From contig NC_045697.1 in the NCBI RefSeq assembly GCF_009834535.1, positions 72,046,001 through 72,110,000 of the forward strand: a stretch of 64,000 bases of DNA. Reading direction: 5' to 3'. This DNA is from Camelus ferus (taxonomy: Eukaryota). The notes under the pieces are model-generated. The model saw only the letters and a list, made by a program, of their open reading frames with translations. It was not told where the DNA came from and searched no databases. Position numbers and translations under genes: made by a program. Shown piece after piece: positions 38,962 to 50,195 of the stretch (position 1 is the first letter of the stretch; each line of letters opens with the position of its first letter).

Positions 38962-40593
38962 ATATGTCATTTATTTTAAATTCAAAATATACTTTGCTAT
39001 TTATATTTGGACAAGAAAGATTTTAAAGCTTTAAAAATTTCACAAAGAATTATCATGAAATCATGAAAATAATTACATATAGAACATATGATCTGGGAGG
39101 TAAAATATTTTTACCAGAGAGATTCATTAATTTATTCTAAACTCAAATTCACATTGAAGAATCATAGCATTGGATTTTTTTTTAGATTTTAATAATGTCT
39201 CCAATTAACATAAATGACTTTAAGGAGAATTAATCAATACTAAGCTATATTCGAAAGGCTCATGGAAGGGAAAATATTGAGTGAACATTTACAAACAAAG
39301 ACAAGCAATAGAGAAATGCAGAGTCATGATTTACTCATTCCAAGTCTGCAGATGTCTGGGATACAGCTGTGAATCATTTGCTCAGCCCTCAGAGTAGACT
39401 GTGCACTTACACCAACCCCGCCACTCACACACCAGGAAGAGCTGGGCCTTGTCAAGGGGGAGGAGGCCAGTGCTGACACGTTGATCCCTTGTCTGGGAAG
39501 AAGGAGTTAGAAAGTGCTCTTTTTAACAGACTTCATTTGCTTCTGATTTTTGAATCTTACTGAAAGGCAAGAAGAATTTTTTTCCTTCCCTTTTGATCCA
39601 GTCTGGAATTTTGATTGAAAAAGAAACTTAAAAAAAAAAATTCTTGCCATTAGTCTAAGGGGGAAGGTTTATTTAGGGATTAAAATTTATTAGCTGCTAA
39701 AGGTTTGGCTCAAGGAAAATACTGAGATTTGGATTCTGAAGGGAAGGAGTTTGTAGCTTGCTCCAAAATGTATTGTGATCCCAAAATATCATCATTAAGA
39801 TATATCCTCCTTTTTGTTTATCTGCCTTATTTTTCTAGATGCTGGGTTGTAGAGAATGATATTTGAATAACACGTGATACTTCCATGAGTTTCTGCCAAC
39901 AGTAACAATTATATAGAGAAAATCCCAGATAATGGCTTCACAGTTCGATTTGGAAAATCATACAGAGTTTTAAGATTTCATATAAAGATTGTTTTAAATT
40001 CTCATTCAACAAGCCATGTGCAAGAAATGCAGAGAGAATGAATGGTTAGATAAAATTGTGGGCTTCTTGAATTTCCCACTTTATAGATTCTCATTCAGAA
40101 AGCTTTTAAATTGACAAAAAAAAGAATACAGTCAATATAAGGGAATTTAGTAGGTTATGAAATAAACTTTTCTTTTGTGAGTTTCTAATGAATAGGATCA
40201 TAATTGCTCATGGTAACTCTCTTTTAGGACTAAGCAAAATAAAATACTATCAACATCACATTTTCCCTTCACCATATCTTCATTTTAAATAGACATTTTG
40301 CCCTTACAAATAAGAAAGCAGAAAAAGGCTTCCCATTATACTAGTTACAGTTTCAATCAATCCATTATAACAAGACCTTTTATTAACCTTCTAGCTCTGT
40401 TATAGTTAAAAAGGAAAAAAAATGGTCTAAGGAGCTATACTTTTAATAGAATAATTTTAAATAAAGTGAATTCTTCCATCTAACCATCCTTTTTTTTTCT
40501 GAGTGAATGTATTTTGTCAGATTTACTTGTAAATTTTCATCTGTTTTCTTCTCAGCATGAAAAAAGGTTAACTCACTTATATTCTTAAGAAAT

Positions 40594-40650
40594 CACTCGT
40601 GAGGGGCAGGAGAAATGGGTAAAGGAGGCCAAAAGTTAAAAAGAACAAAA
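40594..40650 (+). mobile_element. Very short L1 3'-tip insertion
   Basis: ggggcaggagaaatgggtaaaggaggccaaaag plus an A-rich tail. Possible TSD aagaaat at 40587-93 and 40651-57. Confidence 0.5.
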
Positions 40651-40679
40651 AAGAAATTTAATACTACAGACCTATTTGA

Positions 40680-40783
40680 ATGCTCGCTTTGGCAGCACAT
40701 ATACTGAAATTGGAACAATACAGAGATTAGCATGGCCCCTGCGCAAGGATGAAACACAAATTTGTGAAGCGTTCCATATTTTT
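40680..40783 (+). pseudogene. RNU6: U6 snRNA retropseudogene, 5' part of a U6/L1 chimera
   Basis: Near full-length match to U6 (GTGCTCGCTTCGGCAGCAC...GCGTTCCATATTTTT) with CpG decay and a 3-nt deletion beside the ACAGAGA box. No PSE/TATA is recognisable upstream. Confidence 0.97.
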
Positions 40784-40990
40784 CTGTACAGCACAGGGAA
40801 AAATATACAAGGTCTTGTGATAGCTCACAGCGAAAAAAATGTGACAATGAATATGTACAGGTTCATGTATGACTGATGACTTGTGCTCTACACTGGAATT
40901 TGACACAACATTGTAAAATAACTATTACTCAATTAAAAAATGAAATAAATAAATAAATATTTTTTTGGAAATGAAAAAAAAGAAAAAAAA
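40784..40990 (+). mobile_element. Camelid-type L1 3' end fused to U6
   Basis: ctgtacagcacagggaaa...gctcacagcgaaaaaaatgtgacaatgaatatg...tgtgctctacactggaatttgacacaacattgtaaa followed by poly(A). TSD acctatttgaa / acctacttgaa. Confidence 0.9.
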
Positions 40991-41044
40991 CCTACTTGAA
41001 ATCATAGCTCTGTGGCCCATCTTGATGGATATAAAGTAAAATTG

Positions 41045-41187
41045 TTTGGGAGTTCAGGTTTTTCGAGCGTAAGCTGCCCGTCCTCCTTGCTTGGGTCTGC
41101 AATAAACCTTTCTCTGCTCCAAACTCTGGTGTTCCGGTTTGTTTGGCTTTACTGTGTGTCAGGCAGATGAACTTGTGTTTGGTAACA
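41045..41187 (+). mobile_element. 3' end (R/U5) of an ERV1 LTR related to the 27088 LTR
   Basis: Shares gcaataaacctttctctgc.ccaaactc and gtcaggca...aacttg with the 27088 LTR, and ends ggtaaca. Confidence 0.8.
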
Positions 41188-41689
41188 GAAGGACCACTCT
41201 TGCTTCTGGAGGAAAAATAAAGGTGCCGTGCCTGGAAGAGCAGTTTAGAGACTATTGCAAGAAACTGTGGTACTTAGACCAGGGAGGTAACAGTAGAGGC
41301 AGTGAACAGTGCCTGGAAATCCCTAGGAAGTAGGCATTGATAGAGAGAAGACATTTAAAGACTGAGCTCTGGAGTTCCCCAAGGTTTTGAGATGGAGAAG
41401 ACAGAAAAGGAGTAACCATTGAGGCATAAACAGAACCAGGAGAATGAGATTAAGTGGGATGAAAACATAACATGTAAAAAATCAAAATAAAAAATAAAAT
41501 TGCTTGTCTTCAAGTAATACTAAAGAGGAAGAACAGAATACAAAAAGATATTTTTAAGACAGATTAACAGATTGATTATAACTATGCAGAACGCTTATGT
41601 GCACATTAACAGACAGATTATTGTAAATAATAAAAAAGCATTGATGAGACTGGAGAAGATCAACATTACACATGCCAAATAAATATTAC

Positions 41690-41870
41690 AGATTTATTCC
41701 TTCACTCCAACATGTGCTGGAGTTCTACTATATGCCAGGTGCTCTCTGAAGTGCTGGGAATACAAGTGGAATAAGACGCATGGACCCTGACCTCAGGAGG
41801 TGACAATCTACTTGAGAAAATACAAATAAACGCCCGGAATACAATGCGATCTCTGCTATTGTGGAAGCAT
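41690..41870 (-). mobile_element. L2 3' fragment
   Basis: ctactatatgccaggtgctct...gtgctgggaataca...ccctgacctcaggag. Confidence 0.7.
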
Positions 41871-41877
41871 AGCAGTT

Positions 41878-42120
41878 GGAACTCTTGAATTGCAAGTGAC
41901 AGAAAACGTGATTCAAACTCACTTAAGCGGTAAAGAAATTAATGGGTTCACGAAACCAAAACTGCAAGGGAAAGCGGTCCATAGAGCTGACAAAGGGCAC
42001 ATCCCAGTCAGGGCTTAAGTGACGTCACCGGGACTGTAGTGTGCTGTCTGAGCTTTACCCGTCTCTGCACTGGATTTGTTCTCAAGCTCCAATGACATCT
42101 CGTGGCAACTCTCTGCTCAT
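41878..42120 (-). mobile_element. MLT1J/K-like MaLR LTR
   Basis: ttgcaagtgacagaaaac...tcaaactcacttaagc...aaagaaattaatgggttcac is the reverse MLT1 3' end. Confidence 0.7.
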
Positions 42121-43347
42121 CTCTTACTATGCATTATTTGGGTAAATTGCCCTTTTATTACGCAATATTAACGAAAGAGTAAGATTGGTGAATTTAATAA
42201 TAATCCACGTTTTGTCTTTCTCTCCTTCCCTATTGGTCCTGTTCTTCTGCCTTCTGGGGTCATATTTCTACATAAACTTCATGTGTACAAGCCTTTACCT
42301 TGGGCTCTGCTCTGCACAGACTCGGGCTGGATGGTCGTTAGCCCAGCACACAAGACTCGGACCCATTACAGGAGACTTCCAACCACCATGCTTCCTTCTA
42401 CTGTGTAGTCATGGTCCCCTGGTCACAGGTGATTAAACGAAGGACAGAAGCCTGGCAGAAAACCTGGGCCACTAAGAATTTTCCCCAGGAGTTTGGAAAT
42501 GGATCGAAAGAAAGTTGTTCTCTCACAGCGGTAAATCAAATCAGCCATTCCTACAGTCTGGCCTTCTTTTCTCCAGAGAACCAGTTGCCCAACAGACCAC
42601 TGCCTCCTTTCCTCTGTTTTCTAGAACCTGAGAAGTGTTCATAAGGATCCAATTAGAGGGAAAAAAATAATAATAACAGCCCAAGCAGTATGAGTCAGGC
42701 AAAATCAAATCCCAAAACAAAGAGTTTTGGTAACTTGTGCTGGGAAACACAATTTTCAGCTGAGGCCTCTCCTGAAATGAAGGCTTATCCTGAGAGGAAG
42801 CCCTTTGGTCCCACAGAGCAGCAGCTCCACTCGATTGCCCCACCCCTGAGCTGGCTCACAACTCACCTGGGCCTGCCCAAGACAATCCTTGGTCTGGCCC
42901 AGTTGCTCCCGGGAGACCAAGGACAAGTGGCAACACAGGTCCACAAATTAACAACGAGAGAGGCATGTGACTGTGCTGCCCGCATTCTGAAGCCTTGACC
43001 TCACAGCTGGTTGACAAAGCTCAGTGCGTACCTGCAGTTGCTTGATGCCACCAGTAATATAAACCAGCTGTCCTCCTATGAGGAGGAACGTGCCACAGGA
43101 ACAGAACGAAGGACAGAACTGTTTCCTCCAGGACTGCTTCCTCTGGGGAGACAAGGAGGGTCTGCTCCGCAATCAGATACAAAGGCGAGCAGTGGTGCAG
43201 CAGCCCTGATTTCTGCTGTGAGGTCTGAGGAGCAGAGGAAGCCACCACTGAAGAGAAGAACACAGTGAAGAATGGAGAACACTGAGGCTCTCGGCTTCTG
43301 CTGATTTGTAGTTCGTTTTGGAGGTCCAGCTGATAAAGCACCCAGTG

Positions 43348-43774
43348 TGATACAGGAAAGTGGGGCACGAGAGGATGGTCACATCCCAGGTCCCAGGTCT
43401 CATGTGCCCCGTCCAGTGAGGGTCCTTGGCTTCAAGCAGGAAAGAATTCAAAACAGCAAGCCCCAGGTTGTGGGGCTGTTAGTTTTTATGGGCTCGGTAA
43501 CTTCATATGCTAACAAGTGGGAGGATTATTCAACTACTTTGGGGAAGTGGCTGGGATTCCCAGGAACTGGGCCATCACCCACTTTTTGACCTTTTACGGC
43601 CAGCCTTAAAACTGTCCTGGCTCCTGTCGGAGTGTCATTTAGCATGCTGTTGTATTTTAATGAGCGTATATGGAAGCTCAAGTTCTCCTGGGAGTTGAAT
43701 CCTCTACCATCTTGGTGCTGATTGCTGCGTCATTCTTTTAATGGCTGTGCCCTGCCCCCTTCCCTCCTGTCTCA
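43348..43774 (-). mobile_element. ERV1-class solo LTR inserted in a MIR
   Basis: Minus-strand start TGAGACAGGAGGGAAGGGGGCAGGGCACAGCC and end cctgtatca. 4-bp TSD agtg / agta. The flanks rejoin as a MIR-like tail. Confidence 0.8.
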
Positions 43775-43929
43775 AGTACAGTGCACATAACAGTACTTTA
43801 TGAATGTTGGCCACCAATTATTCATGCTGGCATGCTCTTTCAAAAATTATGTCATAAAATTTAGTCAACCCCCTACTAATAAATATTTTGGTTCTAAGTT
43901 CTCTACTCTAGCAAAGATGGAGAGGTTGA

Positions 43930-44365
43930 GTTAAAGAAAAATTATCTGACACTTGTTAAAATAGTAAGGAAAAATTTATCCAAGACTGTTGCAATAGGGA
44001 AGACAGATGGTGCTCAACTCTGAATACAACTCAGACAAGTGGGGATTTATAGCCAAGAAGCAGGGTGAGGTCAATGGATGGAAGAATTGCTAAGAGGAGA
44101 CTTCAAAGGTAGGGGGATTCTTGCTAAACTCATCTAACGGATTTTTCCTAAAGGTTGGGCACAGACTTATACATCAAAGGTAGGGGGTGAGGAACTTGAT
44201 CAGATATCACAGATGATTAGACATCAAGTTGGAGTTGGATTCTTGCTAAACTAGGCTTTGCAGGCCCAGTAAGGACAGGACAGTCAGGGCAGGCCAAGGT
44301 CAAAGCCTCGTTGAGAAGAGGGCTCAGAGGATCCTGACTAAATTGTGATCAAAAAGAGAGTGTTT
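43930..44365 (-). mobile_element. MER67-like ERV1 LTR
   Basis: gttaaagaaaaattatctgacacttgttaaa...gattcttgctaaact (x2)...ttgagaagagggctcagagg...cctgactaaa. Confidence 0.8.
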
Positions 44366-45249
44366 AGAGAGAGAGAAAATTATATAAGACAAATTCCCAA
44401 TAATGGACTTCTGTCAAAATGCACGAACTGGTTTATGGTTCATGTTGGAATTAACACTTATGCATGAATGTTGAAGTTTCTCCAGTTTTTTAATAGCATT
44501 TTCTTTTGACCAGTTCTTAATATATGTAAATATCTAAAATTCTTCAGTCATCCTGAAAAAAACAATCTGAACACAACCACCTAATTTTTGTGTTTTATTA
44601 CCAAAATTGAACGGTTTCCTCTTTAAATCTGCTTTATTTTGGAGTTGTGGCTGGCATCGCTATGACAGAGGTCACACATTTTTGTTTTCTGAAGCACACA
44701 CTGGGCTTTATTGCAGATGAGGTGGCTCCTACTTCCTAACCACTTGTTCCGTTAAAACCTAGACCACTGCTACACTCAAAAGAATTAGCCTCCTAGTATC
44801 AGTATTCGCAGGACTTTTTTCCTCTCTGAGTCAATCAGGAACAAGGTAACTTCTCAGCCACAGTCCATTGTTCATGGGATTTTTCTGCCCAGCCATTGAA
44901 CCATTCACTAGGTATTTACCCACTCGTTCTCTTCATTCAGCTGCCTTCCCACGTGGCTTAACATATCATCAACCTGAAGCAGCACTGAGGATGCACATTT
45001 AGTAAGAGAGTTCTTGGTGTCCTCGTCAGACACAGCACCTTAGAATCTTTTCTGCTAGAAAATACAAACAGTTGGAAATAGTTAGGACAGTGCAGTCCAC
45101 ACAGACAAGTCCAGCGTGTCACAGAGGGTTCCATAGTGAAGTTCCACGGTATGGGAGAGGAGAGCAACAGATCCTGTTCTTTTACTGAAGTACCTCTGTG
45201 TTGTCTCCTTAAAACTGTGAGCTACTAACTGGGACAAAGGGCAGTTAGT

Positions 45250-45550
45250 TCATCACAATAGCTAATGACATTAGCTAACATGTATTGAACCCTATCAATA
45301 CACCCTGTCAGTATCAGTCCGTTTTAAGCAATTTTCATGTGCCTAAATTCAATGAGTTTAATTCAACTCAAAACTAAATCAATGAATGATCTCTAACCTA
45401 TGAAGGGAGGATCATGAGTATCCTATCCCACTGTACAAATGAGGAAACTGAGGACCCAAGAGGTTTAAAATTTGGCCCAAGGTCACATAACAAGTAAGAA
45501 GTAGAACAGAGATTCAAGCCCCGTCTGATTCCAGACGCCAAGCTCTTGGA
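45250..45550 (-). mobile_element. MIR SINE
   Basis: tacaaatgaggaaactgaggacccaagagg...gcccaaggtcacataacaagtaag...gattcaagccc. Confidence 0.85.
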
Positions 45551-46174
45551 AGTCTAACTCAATGATAATAGATAAACAATGAAGCCAAGTTTTCCTCGAT
45601 GACATATTAGGAGTATGTGTCCACTGATTTACCTAAACCTTTAAAAACACGTTCACACGCTCATCCCAATTGGTTTAGGTACTTCCATTAGTTTAGAATC
45701 CAATGTCTAAAATTTTTCATTTAGACTATAACTTAAAAACTTAAATTCTTTAAGTGTCAATGGTATTTTAGGATTTGTTTAAAATTCAGTCACATATTTT
45801 GCAATTCTTAAATGTCAGGCAAATCCATTGATGTCTAGGTAGAATCACCTTTATTTGTTAATATGCTCATTTGTTAGTATGTTAACATGCTGTGTAAATA
45901 GCAGCTTTTTTTCCATGTAATTCTCGGACCTTTCCATGTAATTCTTGAAATTTCCCCAACATCTTTACATATTCTTCTTAAGATGTGTTGACTAGAGCCA
46001 CAACGAATATTACAGGTTGATACCTAAAAGGGCTTTGTTAAAATGCAAGGGACCTTTATTTGGTTTTTACTGTGACTCTGATGATGACTCTTCTTGACCT
46101 TTTTGTCAACAGGGATATATATTAGCTCTTCTTGGAAATCCCTGTCTCCAGGGTCATAATGAAACATCTAGAAC

Positions 46175-46880
46175 TGTGGTGCAGTGGAAAGAACCCAAAC
46201 CTATAGGCAGGCAGCTCACATCCAATTCCCTTCTTTGGTAGTGGACAGAAGTGTGATTATGGGGGAACTAGGTACAGTTCACCCTTGAACAATGCAGGGG
46301 GTCTGGGGTGCTGACCATACATACAGTCAGAAATTGATGAATAATTTATAGCCTGCCCTGCCCTCCCTGTCCTCTGTTCAACCATCACCTTGGTCCCGCA
46401 CCAGCGGATTCAACTAACCTTGGATTGTGTTGTGCTGTGAATTACCATTGAAAAAAAAATCCATGTATGCATGGACCCGTGCATTCCAAACCCATGTTGT
46501 TCAAGGGCCAGCTGCATTATAGTCTCAACCTCCTCACTCACCAAATGAGAGAACTGATGAGCAACTTTACTGTGGTGGCTAAGAGCACAGATGTTGGAGC
46601 CGAACCACCCCGCTCAAAACCTAGACTGATTCTCTGTGAGCATAATCTGGGGCAACCTACTTCAGCCTTTAATGCCTTGGTTTTCTCATATGGAAATTAC
46701 AATAACAGTAATACCTACTTTCAAGCATCGAATAATAAATGTAAAGAACTTTGATCCTTGAACGTTGTCTAGGCCAATACATGTTAGTTACCATTACATC
46801 ACAAGGGTATTGTAAGGACTAAGTGAGAAAACACGACTGGGTAGGGCCTAAACTGTTAGCAAGCACCTAGACACTATTTC
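46175..46880 (+). mobile_element. Nested MIRs interrupted by a Tigger MITE
   Basis: gtggtgcagtggaaagaac...; a second MIR gtggtggctaagagcacag...ttttctcatatggaaa; MIR tail gggtattgtaaggactaagtgaga. Confidence 0.65.
46275..46514. mobile_element. MER8/Tigger2-type MITE
   Basis: TA|cagttcacccttgaacaa...ttgttcaagggccagctg TIRs. Confidence 0.85.
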
Positions 46881-48232
46881 ATTCCACCCTCGCCTGCACT
46901 GAGTACTCACCACATGCAAGGCATTATAGGAGGCCGAGGCATATAGACCAGCAAAAATCTCAACAAATCGCTGTCCTCACTAATCCCATTCCTTGAGAAA
47001 ACTAAACAATAAACCAGTAAATAAATACAGCACAAGATGAGAACAAGCACTTATTTGACACCTGCTGTGTGCTGGCCCTCCTCTAGACCAGGGAAAGACA
47101 CACCTTACAGACCAGTCACTGCCCTCAAGGAGCTCTCAATCTGGGGCAGCCAAGAGAGAATTCTTCCCATTAAACCACAGGTCAGACCTATCCGTTAATT
47201 TTAAAAAAATAAAGTGATCCAGAGGTCTGAGATGACCCACAATGTCTCAGGACCTGGGTCTGTCAGACTCCAAAGTTCCAGGCTCTTTCCAGGACCCTAT
47301 ACAGCCTCCCAGGAAAAGAGCGTTTCTACAAAGGGTGACTTGTACCAGGGTGAGACCTGAATGTGGGTTGGCAGTGTCATGTTTCCAGATGCATTCTCTT
47401 TCTCCTGCCCCCAGCCCTGCATGTGGCCCTCTCCACAGGCACCTCTACAAGAGCGGCCTGACCCCAAGCACGTCTGCAGCTGGCACTGGCACAAGCTGCT
47501 TGGTATGCTGGAGCTGACCTTGAAAATACACGCTTAAGAAAAGCATCTCATTAAATCAAGAAGTAAAATAACTATTGTAACTGCTTTTCTATACCAAAAT
47601 CTTAATAACTTTAGGCAAGCTGAAACCAAAGTTGTCTTTCTAATAAAAACTTAGCTGTGAAGTTAATTAAGTGAAAAGCAAGTAATTAAATTAACAAATT
47701 ATCCAACCCCCTCTAGAAATTCACACATGGGTAATCTCAGGAAAAAAAAACTTTTTAAAAAAGACCTGACTTGTGACAATTACTTTCTCTTTCAGGAGCT
47801 GTTAACAAATATTTTGTGGCAGGAAGTCTTCCCTTAAATTCATGCCAGTTCTGCATGACGTAGAACAAACATTCTTTTAAAGAAGAAAACTGTTTAAGCA
47901 GCTATGTCTTAATAGCCAATCACTGGTTCATTAATTTAAAACTTTCAATCAGATGGCCCTAGAAGGGAACTTCCCTTTGAGAAAGCCCCCTGACTCACAG
48001 TTCAGGAGAAGGAATTCACACAGTTTCTCAGCTTGAGCTACCCTTAGAAGAGAAAGAGGGAAACAAAGATGTGAAAACTTATCCTGCACAGACTCAATTA
48101 GAAAGCAGTGCAAAGTCTAGTCATATAATGAAAATAATTTTATTTAGGAAAACCAAAATCTGTGGAAGAAAATGGATTCTATAGCTACATGGAAATAATA
48201 ATAGTTAAGTTACTTTCAAGCAGTGCTTCTCA

Positions 48233-48779
48233 CTATTTACAACAGCCAGGGCATGGAAGCAACCTAAATGTTCACAGACAGATGCCCAGATAAAGAGGAT
48301 GTTGTATATATATGCAATGGAATACCACTCAGCCATAAAAAAAGAATGAAATAATGCCATTTGCAGCAACATGGATGGATCTGGAGATCATCATACGAAG
48401 TGAAGTAAGTCAGAAAGAGAAAGAAAAATACCATACAATATCACATGTGGAATCTAAAATATGACACAAATGAACTTATTTATGAAACAGAAACAGACTC
48501 ACAGACACAGAGAACAAACTCAGAGTTACCAAGGGGGAAGGGGGATGGGGGAGGGCTAAAGTAGGAGTTTGGGATTAGCAGATACACACTACTGTATATA
48601 AAATTGATAACAAGGTCCTACTGTATAGCACAGGGAACTATACTTAATATCCTGTAATAAACCATAATGGAAAAGAATATGAAAAAGAGTATGTATACGT
48701 ACAACTGAATCACTTCGCCGTACGCCAGAAACTAACACAATGTTATAAATCAACTACACTTCAATAAAATAAATAAATA
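48233..48779 (+). mobile_element. Young artiodactyl L1 3' end (~550 bp) with 15-bp TSD
   Basis: L1 ORF2 end plus 3' UTR. Exact TSD aagcagtgcttctca at 48218-48232 and 48780-48794. Confidence 0.95.
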
Positions 48780-48782
48780 AAG

Positions 48783-48947
48783 CAGTGCTTCTCAGACTCT
48801 AGTGTGCATCTGAATCACCTGGGGATCTTGTTAAAAAGCGGATTCTGACTTGGTAGGTCTGGGGTGGAGTCCAAGATGCAGTGTTTCTCCCAAGCATCTT
48901 GGTGATACCATCCCTGCTGAACCCTGAAATATACTTTAATCAGCAAC
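48783..48947. mobile_element. MER5A hAT MITE
   Basis: cagtgcttctca...tgcatctgaatcacctggggatcttgttaaaaagcggattctgac...gtaggtctggggtgg. Confidence 0.85.
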
Positions 48948-49173
48948 ATGTAAAGAGTGTGAATCCACTGATTGTAAAAGCCTCATTCACTGTTAAGTTT
49001 AAGCAGAATTTCATAAATTAATCTAAAGAGTTCAGGCATTTTTACAAAAAAAAAAAAGAGAGGAGGCTAGGAATTAATCATTCATTCAGTCAGCATTATT
49101 GAGCTTTCTATGTGCTAGGCCTTATGGTAGGTCCTAGGCACTCAACAATAACTAAACCAAGAAGTGCCTTTGA

Positions 49174-49411
49174 AACAACATATTTCAGCAGATCAAATGA
49201 AAAAGCAGATCTAGCAATCCAGGCAAACCCCATTAAGCCAGACATTAATGAGATAGCAAAAATATAAAATAATGCTACTTTTCTCACTAAAAGTTGCTTT
49301 GTTTTGGAAAGGAAAATTTGTTTGGAAAATATAGTTATTTTACATAAATATGTCATTTATGTTATCATGTAATGGGTTCATTTTTTAAAATAAATATATA
49401 TTTTAAAGTAT
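49174..49411 (+). mobile_element. Charlie1-like transposase C-terminus and 3' UTR fragment, without TIRs
   Basis: Translates TTYFSRSNEKADLAIQANPIKPDINEIAK (cf. the Charlie end ..YR.RL..E.D.RIQLSSIKPDI.EICK). UTR gttttggaaaatatagttatt...catgtaatgggtt. Confidence 0.75.
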
Positions 49412-50176
49412 AAGTGCCTTTGATAAACCTTCATTTGATTGTTCCCTGAAAGAACAAAAGGAACATAGATTAAAAGACTTTTCATCGATCAATAAATAAA
49501 TGACCTTTCATAACTTACAAATCAAAATGAATCCGACATGGTCTTTGTGTTAACATTTTGACATAACATTTATAGGAATCCTGCCAGTCAGACTGTTTAG
49601 ATGTCAGATGTTGAAAATAATTGGCAATTTAACCTCATAAACTAGCATTGCTCTTTTCTGTATGAACTAGTAATAAAATTTTAAAGGTTTTTGTGTACAT
49701 GGCACAGTTTACTAACAACTCCATTATTGCAAATGTTGGTGAATCGTATCAACTAAAATTAAAGCAAAGTGTTTGGCAAGAAAGTGTTCACTTAATTTTC
49801 GATTAGAATGCCCAAATGCTCCAGATTAAACTCCTGGCGTCTGCCTCAAACTTTTACGTACAGTATAAACAGTGGGAAGGCTTCTGGGCAGGAAGATTTC
49901 ACCTTGTTTTCATGAGCATAAAGTACGGTCCCCGCTACATATTAAATGGCAAAACAGAATCACCAAGTAGGTCTTCAGATTCCATCAGGTTGGATATTCT
50001 GGGAGAACAGAGGACCTACCCAAGCTGTTACTGTTCTCTCACAAGCAGCTGAAACTGGACGACTCTAAGCAAGAAGAGAATGAACGCCTGAAGGACAGTG
50101 TCTGAGGAGTGTTGTGGCAAAAAGCCCGTGAACCCAGTGCAAGGCTTTGCTCACCGGCTTGCACCGCCTTCAAAAG

Positions 50177-50195
50177 CCGCCAGCAGGTGGCAGCA
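50177..50195 (+). promoter_or_regulatory. CTCF-binding motif
   Basis: CCGCCAGCAGGTGGCAGCA matches CCASYAGRKGGCRS, in unique, mildly CpG-retaining DNA. Confidence 0.6.

Noticed and set aside
40676..40876. 66-aa ORF as a protein, or U6 as a functional gene
   Set aside because: The ORF is a chance reading of U6 plus L1 UTR. The U6 copy has a deletion by the ACAGAGA box, CpG decay, TSDs and no recognisable promoter.
41045..41187. LTR fragment as the missing 3' LTR of the 27088 provirus
   Set aside because: Only moderate similarity to the 5' LTR, no clean matching TSD, 9 kb of unrelated host DNA in between, and L2 already resumes at about 31800.
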